Positions 14,203 to 25,800 of a stretch of DNA of 64,000 bases are shown here, piece by piece. The notes below the pieces were generated by a model. That model was not told the origin of the DNA. It did no database searches and was given only the letters and a program-made list of their open reading frames with translations. The number at the start of each line of letters is the position of its first letter. Positions within the stretch are counted from its first letter, which is position 1. The stretch is from Sminthopsis crassicaudata (taxonomy: Eukaryota). The DNA lies in the NCBI RefSeq assembly GCF_048593235.1, contig NC_133621.1, forward strand, positions 9,092,525-9,156,524. The letters are read 5' to 3'. The position numbers and the translations under genes were made by a program.

Positions 14203-14258
<56 letters not shown>

Positions 14259-14260
14259 AC
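14186..14260. repeat. (AAC)n microsatellite with one AAT interruption
   Basis: Seen directly. Confidence 0.95.
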
Positions 14261-15299
14261 ATTCAAAAATATTCCAGGTAGAGGTGCTAAAGGAAGCTTT
14301 TGATTTGGCATGAAGGAAAATCTCCTACCAGAGAAATGCCAAAATGGAAAGGCCAACCTCAGGATAGAATATGTGAATGCCCTCCACCTTCACCTCTTCC
14401 AGTGAAGATTGAGAGAACAATTTATTGGGAATGGTAGAACAGAGATTTACTTTTCAGAGATTGACCTAAATGCCCCCTAAAGGTTTTTCACACCTCTAAG
14501 AATCCCCAGTTTCCTTCAAGATGGCTTGTCAAGTGCCCACTCTTACTAATGCCTTCACCCGAAAAAGCTTGTATCAGTGATGTATATCTTTCATATGTAT
14601 GTACCATTTCCTTTGGTCAGAGAGTAAGCTTCTTGAGGACAGGGGTTGTGTCAATTTTGTATATGTATCTGTTGTCTAGCATAAGGCTTGGCACATAACA
14701 AATCTGTAATATTCCTTTTAATCAACTATTGATTAATTTCTGCTTCTGAAATTCCATGATTAGGTAAATTTTAGGTACCCTAAATCAATCTTTTTAAAAA
14801 GCTGTATCAACAAAGTATGGAAATTATATTCCCATCCTTTTGGAAATTCTCATCTGAAAAACCAAAGAGTTGGGATAAAAATGTATGACATTGTGGTGCC
14901 TTAGAGAGAACATTGGTTTAAAAGTTGGAAGTCCTGGATTTGGATTTTAATTCCTCCATGTGCTTTCATTCTCTCTCAGAGCCTCAGTTTTCCTTATCTT
15001 TCAAACAAGTGGATTAGACTAAAACAATTTCCAAAGTCCCTTCTAGCTCTAAGTACGTCAACCTAGGAATTCAATACCAACTGGGGATATCCCATTAAAT
15101 GCAAAATGCCTAAGCCAAAAAAAGACTTCAGGAGATCATGAGGTTACAAGGCACTTCATAATCCTCCATGCAGGGATGCTATTTCATCATGTCAACAAGC
15201 CTTCTGAGTACTTTATAGTCTCTATGCAAGGTTGACACATTCATATGTCCTTATGTAGCTGTCAGAAAATTCATTTCAAAGTGAGAATTGTGAGTGCTC

Positions 15300-16100
15300 T
15301 GTTGAGATCTAATCTGTCCAGGCCCAGAGCATGCCAGAATTATGAAAAGTGGGGGTGCTGCTGATGGTCTTGGTGCGGTGCCTGTCAGGTGTCGAGTGAT
15401 TTCTCTCTGCACTGCGGGATTTGGGGCCAGATTCTCTCCTGGGACACTCCTTACTTTTGGAGCCAATGTCCAAAGGCATGAGTCAGCCAACAGAAATGAG
15501 CTTTTCCGGCAAAAAGAGGGCCCGATTCCAAGGAAGCCCCCGAATACTTGGCTTTAATATGCCAGTGAACTTGTGATTTTTACAGTGTTTTTATAATAAG
15601 ATTTCTCATAAGTTACATAGAGTGTACTATGATTTTGTCAAGACTTTATTGGTGGATAACTGCAAATGCTTGGCTCTTGTGAAAGATAGGGCAAGGAAAG
15701 CTTCATTGATGCTGAAGCAGGAAATTTGCTAGAAGCCACTGTGAGCAATGGATTTTAGAAATAATAGAAGCTGCACATGAGCTTTGGGCTTGAAAAGGAT
15801 GTGTAAAAATTATCTGATGTATCTTGTAACTCCAAGACAATTATCAGCGAAGATAAATTGGTGGGAAGTTATGATTTCCTGTATCTCCTATGTCCGTCTG
15901 TGGCATTTTTATTATTATTTTTAACACAAAAGTCCTCCACTTTGTTGAAAGTGCTCCAATTCATTACTTAATAACTCTAGCCAAGTCCGGTCACCCACAA
16001 GAGCCAATGTCTCTACAGCATCCAAACAGCTGAAAGGAATCAACAGTTCACCTTCAGGAGATTTCTCCTCCTCCCCTCCTTATTCATTGGTTTCTAAGAA
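15300..16100. promoter_or_regulatory. Candidate conserved intronic enhancer
   Basis: Repeat-free with local CpG retention. Contains TGTCAGGTGT (MEIS/T-box/E-box-like), TGAGTCA (AP-1) and TTTTATAA. Confidence 0.45.
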
Positions 16101-16599
16101 GTGGCTTTTAGTTTCATAATCTTAGTTAGTCGGTTATCAAGCCATTAATGGCAATAATACCCATAAATGGACCACAAAATAAATTTGTAATGGAACTATG
16201 TTTAGAGTTTCATGATTATCAGTAATGGGATAGACTTGGGAGAGTCTGGCTCCCTTTCATTGGAGATCTTCAAGGCAAGTTTCAATGATGATTTGTTGGG
16301 ATAGTTATAATGGACTGTCTCTTCAGATACATAATAGTTGGACAAAAAAGTCTGCAGATAAAATTCTATGATACCTGTCCATTATTCAGAATGTGATTCA
16401 GTTCAATAAGAGAAGCCAAGTCCTGTTCTAGAACTGGAAATGGGAACACAACAAACGGAACCTACTCTCAAGGAACTTACTGGAGAGACATATCTCCAGT
16501 ATAAATAAAGATAGATTAAATAAAGACAAAAGTAATACAAAGGAATTAGGGGGGAAACCATTAAAATTAATGAACTGAATTAAATTGAATGGCAGCACA

Positions 16600-17170
16600 A
16601 GATGACAAAAAGTGTTGGCCTTGGAGTGACATTACCTGGGTTTCCATTCCTGCACCAATATTTTCTACTTATAAAATCAAGAAGAAATTCTTTATCACTC
16701 TGAGTCAGTTTCTTCATCTGCAAAATGGAGGTAATAAGATTTGAAATATTTGATAGGAAAGTTAAGGTTTGGAGAACCTTAAAACCCTAAATATACAAAT
16801 ATCTCAAGGATCTTGGATTTCTTTATTGAGAAACTATCTACCAAGTAATCTATATCTAGCAGCATAAGAAAAAGAATAATAGATTTAGAGCCTGAAAGAG
16901 ATTTGAGATCATCTAATCCAACACCTTCATTTTACAAGTTAGGAAACAGATTAGAAAGGTAATAGTCACTTGGCTAGGGACATATGGATAGCAAGAAGAA
17001 GAAACAACCTTCAAATCCAAGCTGTTGTATCATTCTTAGGAAGTTACCTGAAACTCAGAGAATTTAAGTGTCTTGCCCATATTCACAAACCCATGTTAGA
17101 GGCAGAATTTGTATCCAAATGGTTTTTATTCCAAGCCCAATGCTCTATCTTTTTACCACTGCTGCCTCTT
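16600..17170. mobile_element. Representative MIR/MIR3 cluster; many other MIR-type fragments occur (about 6940, 7290, 9150, 14890, 21470, 23120, 23920, 25900, 27070, 28600, 44330, 46480, 50070, 50280, 54960, 56940, 58450)
   Basis: CORE motifs cagtttcttcatctgcaaaatgg and cattttacaagttaggaaac. Confidence 0.75.
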
Positions 17171-17211
17171 TTGCATTGTTCATAAATTATTCAAAATGCT
17201 ATATAAATAAA

Positions 17212-17355
17212 TAAGTGTATACATATATGTGTACGTGTGTTTTGCACAGGTGTATATGTATATATAAATATGTATGCATTTATATTTATATGTATATGTG
17301 TGTATGTATGCATGTATATGTATATTTATGTGTGTATAGTATGCATACATATATT
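17212..17355. repeat. (TA/TG)n low-complexity tract
   Basis: Seen directly. Confidence 0.85.
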
Positions 17356-17885
17356 TTTAAATAATTGATAACAAAACAGAAATCAGAGAAAATAAACATG
17401 AGAATATATACCACACAATGCAGAGTAAAAGAATGAAGTAACTCAAGTCATTCAAGAAAGCCATAGATCTCACTAAAAATGAAATTGCCCAGATTTTCCC
17501 ATGTAGCAAACTGGAGATAGGAACATAATCAAAGTTGTATGTATGATCCCAGAGTCTTTCTCTCTCCAGACCTCTGAGGAGAGGCTGTACTCACCATCTT
17601 ATTTCTTGATGCTTAAGACTAGAAGAGATCAGGGTCTCTTTTCTCCAGGTTTCACTAACTGTAGCCAGCCCTAATGTAAACTCAGAGCATTGATCTCCAT
17701 CAATGAGAAGGGAGATTCATGCAACGAATTGGCCCTTTGAGCCAAAAGTTATATTCTTCTCCAAAATAAAACTCTTTTCAATCCCCTTACAAAGATCAAT
17801 TGGGGCAAGTTGAAAACTGGTAATCATATAGTATTTTTAAAATAGTATTATTGATAAGTTTGGATAGTTAAAAATATGGAGGAAA

Positions 17886-19512
17886 CTAGAAAAAACTAAT
17901 GACAAAGTTCATCTGGAAGAACAGAAGGGGAAAAATTTCAATGAAAATAATGAAAGAAATGCAAATGAAGGTGGCTTACCTTTACCAGACTTAAAACTAT
18001 ATTATAAAACAATGATCATCCAAACCATTTGGTACTGGCTAAGAAATAGAGTAGTGGATCAGTGGAATAAATTAGGTTCACAAGACACAATAGTCAAGGA
18101 CGACAGTAATCTAGTGTTTTACAAATCCAAAGATTCTAACTTCTGTAATAAGAACTCACTATTTGGTAAAAATTTCTGAGAAATTGGAAACTAGTATGGC
18201 AGAAACTAGACACTGACCTGAACTTAACACTCTGTGCCAAGATCAGATTCAAATGAGTTTATAATTTAGACATAAAGAGTGATATAAGCAAATCAGAATC
18301 TATAGAGAAGGAAGGAATTTATGACTAGAGAACAACTAGAGAGCATCATGAAATGGATAATTAAAATGTTTTTTGTTAAAAAAAAACAATGCAGACAACA
18401 TTAGAAGGGAAGCAGAAAATTGGAAAGATTTTACATTCAAGGATTCTGATAAAGTCCTTATTTCTGAAATATATAGAGCATTGATTCTAAATTATAAGAA
18501 TACAAGTTATTCTCCAATTGAAAAATGGTCAAAGGATATGAACAGACAATTTTCAAGTGAAGACATTAATACCATTTCTAGTCATATAAAAATGCTCTAA
18601 GTCTAAATTATTGATCAAAGAAATGCAAATTAAGACAACTCTGAGATACCACTACACACCTCTCATATTAGCCAAGATGACAGAAAAAGATGACAAATGT
18701 TGAATGGGGTTATGGGAAAACTAGAACAGTAATATATTGTTGGTGTAGTTGTGATCTGATCCAACTATTCTGGAGAGTAATTTGGAACTATGTCCAAAGG
18801 ATTTTGAAACTGTGCATACCCTTTGATCTAGCATTGTTTCTACTGGATCTGTATCCCAAAAAGATCCCCAAAAGATCACACGTCCGAAAATATTTGTAGC
18901 AGCCTTTTTTGTAGTGTCAAGAAACTGGAAATTGAGTGGATGCCCATCAGTTGGGTGATGGTTAAATAATTTATAGCATATGAATGTTATAGAATATTAT
19001 TTTTTTTCTATAAGAAATGTTCAGAATGATTTTAGAAAGACCTGGAGAGACTTATATGAACTTATGCTAAGTGAGTAGAACCAAGAGATCATAGTATATG
19101 ACAACAGCAAGATATGATGATCGATTCTGATGGACTGTGGCTTTTTTCGACAATGAAATGATTCAGGTCAATTCCAAATTGTGATGGAGAGAGTCATCTT
19201 CATCTAGAAAGAGAACTGAGGAGATTGAATGTGGATTACAGCATAATGTTTTCACATTTTTATTGTTGTCTGCTTGCATTTTGTTTTCTTTCTCGTTTTT
19301 TCTTTTTGATATGATTTTTCTTGTTCATAATGATAAATGTGGAAATATGTATAGAAGAATTGTACATGTTTAACATATATTAGATTGCTTGCTGTCTAGG
19401 GGAGTGGTTGGGGAGGAGGGAGGAATGGAATACAAGGTTTTACAGGGATGAATGTTGAAAACTATCTTTGTATATATTTTGATAATAAAAAGCTATTATT
19501 TAAAAACAAAAC
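17886..19512 (+). mobile_element. 5'-truncated L1 (~1.6 kb) with target-site duplication
   Basis: Degenerate ORF2 peptides in the ORF track (18373-18899). TSD aatatggaggaaa at 17873-17885 and 19513-19525, in TT/AAAA context. Confidence 0.95.
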
Positions 19513-20449
19513 AATATGGAGGAAATCAAATACGATTCTCAGACATTTACTTTGGTTTTGTCCTAGTGCTTCCCCTACATTTTTATTTAGAATTAGTAAG
19601 TGAATGAATAGATGGATGATAAGCACATTCAAGTGCTGACTATGTGCCAAGAATGGTATATGAATACAAAGAAGCAAGGCAATCCCTCTCCACAAAGAAC
19701 TTACTTTTCAATAAGAGAAAATAATATATAGAGGAATATTAATCAAGGAAGTGTTTTAGACACAGAAATGAAAGAGATGGTGATCAGAGCCCTAGCAAAA
19801 CTATCATATCCTTTCCAGAAATGATGCTGTTAGTTCGAATACTGTTTTTAGAGCCAGAACTGGAAGGAGTTGAGGAGAAGGGTATAAAATAGTACAGAAT
19901 TAGTCTGAGAACAGCATGATGGGTCTGGGTCCAGATCGTATGTGTCAAATGCCCAGCACAAACAGTAATGGTTTACACTTTTCACTTTAAAGTGTCTGCA
20001 TGTGTAAGCAAGATGTTTAGACCCTTAGATAATAAAGATAACAGAACACACATCCCAGTTCAACCAGGATGTCAATGAAGGTTTGTGTTTGGAGTACCCA
20101 GCTGTGTATACAGATGCAATGGAATTCTGTCTGTGAAGAACCTACAGAAATGACACGAATAACTAACATTTTAAAAAATGAATACTACACAGACATGCAC
20201 CTGCTCCCGAGACTCCATAGATTAGCCCTGCAGCCAAAATATAAGCCCCTTGGAATTCAATTACATGGCTCCAAATGGGGTGATAAAACAGAGGCTTCAT
20301 TTTTTGAACCAATACCAGAGTAATGAGAACTCTTTCCTTGTGGAGTTTTTCCTGAGGATTCTCCTCCAGCCCCTGGTTGTGTCTCCATGAAGTGTGCAGT
20401 ACATTACTAATATCGTGCTGTTCATACATTTCCCTTTCTCTTCCTGCAG

Positions 20450-20534
20450 CTGGATCCTGTCCCAGAAGATGTTCTGCACCAAACTCCAAATAGAAATGCC
20501 ATTATTTCTCTACAAAAGACCACGGAAATTCAAA
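20450..20534 (+). CDS. HDAC9: HDAC9 internal coding exon (85 nt, phase 0 to 1), end of deacetylase domain: LDPVPEDVLHQTPNRNAIISLQKTTEIQ
   Basis: Acceptor tttccctttctcttcctgcag|CTG and donor CAAA|gtatgt; open frame. Resembles human HDAC9 LEPLAEDILHQSPNMNAVISLQKIIEIQ as I recall it. Phase matches the next exon. Confidence 0.95.
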
Positions 20535-20626
20535 GTATGTCTTCGGAGTTCATTGGTGATTTTAAGTCCCTCCTTCTCCCCCCAGTAAGAGCAGGTACAG
20601 CTATTTCAACTGACACAGAGACCTAG
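20535..20626 (+). CDS. HDAC9: Possible read-through alternative C-terminus of HDAC9 (SMSSEFIGDFKSLLLPPVRAGTAISTDTET*)
   Basis: The frame stays open past the donor to TAG at 20624-20626. It starts QSMS, as in the recalled human isoform ending EIQSMSLKFS. Confidence 0.35.
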
Positions 20627-22185
20627 AGTCAGACATTAGAGTGGGCTGCCATTCTGAGTTTAGAAGACTGGTTTGTATTTATAGCTAAATTGATTCCTGA
20701 ATTCTTTGCTTGGCAGTCTCCTTTTAATGCCTTTGCCATCCCTAACCCTCAAATATTACATTTAGAATCTTCTTTTCCTGATGTTCCAAATCCTTCCATT
20801 TTCCATTCCTACCACTGAAGCATTTTGTTACATGGAAAAAATGAGGGGGGAATAGAAATGCTCGATCTTTTAAGTGGCCTGGCCATTATGAAAAAGTAAA
20901 TCATTTATCTTCTCACATTACTGACTGCCAGCCACCATTTATCATACATTCATGATTTAGAGACTCCAATGCAACCCTGATCTCATCAATGTGGGCACTC
21001 CCTTCAACAATTTAGACCGTGACCTATTAGTGCATGCCTTTCCTGGGTGACTCTTGGCCCTTTCTTCCCAGAAGGATCAAAGAGATAACCTATGTGAGCA
21101 CTTTGCAAACCTTACAGTGCTGTATAAACGCCGGCTATTGTTAAAAAATAATTTATAGTTGTTATAGGAGACTCTCTATGATAAATATTTTGAGTATGAG
21201 TATTGGCTCAAAAAATTGAGTATGAATATTCAAAAAAGACTAATATAGAAAGTAATTTGCAAACATTAAAGCATTATACTTGTGTGTATGTTTATATACA
21301 TATATGTAAGTATGTGTGTAGATATGGATTGAGGCATTATTAATTATAATTGATCATTATTATTGGCTATTACTAATGATTAATATTTTAAATTACTAAT
21401 TAATGGGAAAGGATGAACATGTAAAGCAATTTGAAAATCTTGGATTATTATAGAAATGCAAAAACTGTCATTAAAACCCTGAAAGGTAGATGCTATTAGC
21501 ATCCCCATTTTATAGATAATAGAAGAAAAAAACTGAGGCAAAGGTAAGTAACTTGATTAAGATCTCACAATTAACAAGTGTTTAAGAATAGATTTGAATT
21601 CAGATATTCTTGGACTTCAAATCTAGAATTCGATTCAATCTACCACTTAGTTGTCTTTTATGAATAATTTATTTTTATTATTATTTATAAATGCTTACTG
21701 ATTTTAATAATATTATTAAGCTTACCATAAAAGTCCACCAAATGTATTGCATAGGAGGAAAAAATCAACCATTTGCTATCATCAGTGAAGCCAGCATAAT
21801 TGCGACCAGAGACCAGAATTTTGGGGTCCCCTTTTCTGTTTAATATCTATCTCTTTTACATTGCTGATACCCTGTCACCAAAAATAATACAACATTAATT
21901 TTGAAAAAGTTAGCAAACTCAAACGCTTCCAAATTTTCAGCTGCATGAAAAATCGAGTACCTATCAGATGGGAAGGTCCAGGAAGGCAGCAACTATGGCT
22001 TCTTGAATTTTGTATATCCTCAAAAATCTTCCCAGTATTCTGCACGTGGTACAATTTTAATGAATTAAATTTAATTAGTGACAAAGTGGTGCTAAGAATC
22101 CATGTCTCCCACTTCCTGTTCTAGTCTGAAGGTCATTTCATCTCTTTGCACATTTAGCTTTCCTAGGACCTTCTGCCGTATTATC

Positions 22186-22790
22186 ATAAATCAAACCTCA
22201 AAATAAACAAGAATGAACTTAAGAAGGTAAAGAGAATTTTGAAAAAGTTAGACCTTTGGAGAAAACTGGAAATGAATAGAAAGAAACATACTTTTTGCTT
22301 AGTAGTACATGGACCCAATACAAAAATTTACCATTTAGTAGGGCATAAACCCTCAAAATAAAATGCAAAAAGGCAGAAATAGTAAGTCCATCTTTTTCAG
22401 ATCATGATGCAATAAAAATTACATGTAATAAAGGGCCAGGTGAAAAATAGATGGGAAATCTATTCATTGGAAAGTAACTGGAAATTAAATAATCTATTCC
22501 TAAAGAATGAGTGGGTGAAACAAGAAATCATAAAAACAAAAAATAATTTCATCCAAGAGAATGAAAATAATGTGACAACATACCAAAATTTATGGGATGA
22601 AACCATAGCAGTTCTTAGGGGAAATTTCATATCTTTAGAAGTTTATTTGAATAAAAGAGAATAAGAATATCAATGAATTGAGCATGCAACTAAAAAAACC
22701 TAGAAAAAGAACAAATTAAAACCCCTCAATTAAATACCAAGGTTGAAATTCTGAAAATAAAAGGTGAGATTAATAAAAGTGAAAGCTAAA
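22186..22790 (+). mobile_element. L1 internal ORF2 fragment (endonuclease/linker region)
   Basis: WKLNNLFLKNEWVKQEI...TTYQNLWD in track ORF 22440..22664. Confidence 0.9.
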
Positions 22791-22880
22791 TAAATAAACA
22801 AACATATAAATAAATAAACAAATGAATAAATGAATAAATAAATAAATAGATAGATAGATAGATAAGTAAATAAATAAATT
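22787..22880. repeat. Compound (TAAA/CAAA/TGAA/TAGA)n repeat
   Basis: Seen directly. Confidence 0.9.
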
Positions 22881-25800
22881 ACATATTGAACTAACAACAT
22901 ATTATCTTTGTGGGCACATTCCCAGAGCATAGGAAGTTGGCTGAAATAAGAAGGAAGGTAATGTTGCCAAAACAAATAAATCAATCAACCCACCAACCAA
23001 CCAACTTTTATGGGTGTGGAAGTGGCTCTAATCTTGAAGGTATATTTCTTATCAGATATAGTCCCAGCCTGAGTCCCCTCTTTCTCTTCCCAGCTCTTAT
23101 CTAACCTGAGGCAGAATAAAATTGGTAAATTGATACAGTGCTGGGCCTGGAATCAGGCCTGAAATCAAATCCAGGCTCAGATACTTACTTGCTGTGGGAC
23201 CTTGTGCAAGTCATTTAATGATTCCCTAGTTTTTTTGTAAAATGGATATAAAAAATACCTACATCTCAGAGTTGTTGTGAAGATCAAATGAAATAGTAAT
23301 CATTATGGGTTTAATATAGTGGTTGACACATAATAATAGCTATATTAATGTTAGCTATATTATTGTTATTATTAATTTTTATTTCTATTTACCACTCTCT
23401 GTGTTTGACTTAGAAGTCAATATCTAGATGTTATGACCAGAGAAGTGATGTACAAGGGAACTTGGAAATTATTTCATTCAACATCTTATTTTAAAGGTAA
23501 AAAAAAACAGGGGCTGAGAGAAGGACAATGACCTGACCAGATCCCATGGGGAACAGGTTAACATGCGAATTAATTTGCAAATATTAATTCATTATATTTG
23601 TGTGTATATACATATATATATGTATGTATGTATGCTAGACATCATATCAAACCAATCAGAAAGCATGAAGTGAGTAATAAATACGTGCCAAGCAATGGCC
23701 TAGGTTGGGCAATACAAAGACAAAATTCAAAGGCTCTCGAGGAACTTATGTTCTTTTTTTTTGGGGGGACAGACCATATGCACATCAATAACTAAATAGA
23801 AAATATGTTTGAAGAAATATTTAGGTGACAGAGAGGGCTCCAGCAATTGGGGAAATCAGGAAATCCCTGAAATATCTTGTTTCAAAGTGAAAGAGTACAA
23901 TTTGACTTTCAAAATGAGTTCATGGTATCATCAGTCTAGAGCTGAAAAGAACCTGAGAGGCTGTCTAGTACAAATACCTTATTTTATAGATGAGGAAATG
24001 AAGGCCGAGGGACTTTCCCAAGAGTACATTCATAATGAGACAGAGGGATTCAAAGTCAAGTTCTCTGATTCCAAAGCCCATGTTCTTACCTTGGAACTGT
24101 ATCATCTTCCAATTAAGGCAGGTAGGATTTCTAATTTGTTGTTAATTCTTTAAGACCTTAGAGCAATTCTTATTGCCTTGGTTCTGGCTCCTGAAGTTAC
24201 ACTTTGTTTACCAGCAAAGTTTTCCTTTCACTATGAGCCCTCTATCTCCACGTGCTTATAGTCTAGGGAGGTGTTCTGGTTTCAGCTCCCCATCCCATCT
24301 CCAGCTGGGTTCTGAAGGGTTCTTTTGTGCTATCTGAAAATGATGAAAATGTGCTGAGGCAGGCCCCAAAGCATGTGGGAACCATTCAGTGGGGTTCCCA
24401 GATAGCTGAGTCCCCAGGCACACTGTGAGGTGCTGACAGGTTGTATGTGAGCTTTGGTTTGAGGGGGGAGCCCCCCAGCTGAGGGTGTGCAGGTGCCTGA
24501 GTCTCTCATTAGCATTGGCCCCTTGCCTGGCAGCTGCCTGTGCTCATGGGTCCTTTGGCAGCATCATCCCTTTCCTTCTGACTCTTTTTAATTTCTAAGC
24601 TTAACCAAAGGAGATCATACCAGAAAAGAGAGTGAATCAGGGTCATTGTATAGATATCAACTTAACCTATATTTCAGGAGCCTGCAGGTGGGGATGTTCA
24701 GGAAGTCCAAAAGCACATGGAGAAGTCAAGACTTGACCATGTATCTGTCTTTTTTCATGTATTTGCTACTTCCTTAGTGGCTTCTTATTTGTCTAAAGTG
24801 ACCCTATTTCTGGTTGGCCTTAGGATCTGACCAAAATCAGACAGATGATCAGAAACTTCAGGTTCTAGCTTCTTCCCAGAATTCATGAGTTGAATAATTT
24901 CCAAGTTAATAAGGAAGAATTACTTTGGGTAGCAATTTCATTTTCTCCCAAGTTTCTCCCAAGTTGGGAGATAGTATGTCACAAAACATATAATAGCAAT
25001 TTATATTTTGTCTGTTATCATATACAGGCAGTTATGCACCTGGGAACTTTACCAGGGTGGGACATCTGACCACTTCTAAATAGTGGATAGAATTGGGGAG
25101 AAATGGCCACCTATTACTGTCTACCTCACAGGGTTCTTGAAAGGCTCAAATCTAGTAAATATGTAAAGTGCTATGTCACATTTAAGGATAATGGTCATGG
25201 GTGCACTTTTAAAATGAAAGCTAGCCCAGAATAGCATCAGAATTCCAGTATCTATGTCTGAAAGATGCAAATTCATTCAACCAAATCATTCTGACTTTTT
25301 GACTCAGAAATGTTTCCTTAAATATGTTTATACTTTACCACCCTTCAATGTAGATGTGCGCTGGCTGAGATGATTTCATAGAGTCACCATAAAAGGAAAG
25401 TGGGAAGACAGAAGNNNNNNNNNNNNNNNNNNNNNNNNNNNNNNNNNNNNNNNNNNNNNNNNNNNNNNNNNNNNNNNNNNNNNNNNNNNNNNNNNNNNNN
25501 NNNNNNNNNNNNNNNNNNNNNNNNNNNNNNNNNNNNNNNNNNNNNNNNNNNNNNNNNNNNNNNNNNNNNNNNNNNNNNNNNNNNNNNNNNNNNNNNNNNN
25601 NNNNNNNNNNNNNNNNNNNNNNNNNNNNNNNNNNNNNNNNNNNNNNNNNNNNNNNNNNNNNNNNNNNNNNNNNNCAACTATATCAGAGATATGCTAAGTG
25701 ATTGCATATATTTTATTTGATTCTCACAATTCTGGAGGTAAGCACTCTCTCATTTTATATTTGAGCAAATGGAGGCAATTGTAATGTACAGGTGCTTCCT

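Noticed and set aside
24678-24687. 10-nt micro-exon (tatttcag|GAGCCTGCAG|gtggga) that would bridge phases 1 to 2
   Set aside because: Weak donor, and the real exon 35858-36002 supplies the phase and the homologous peptide.
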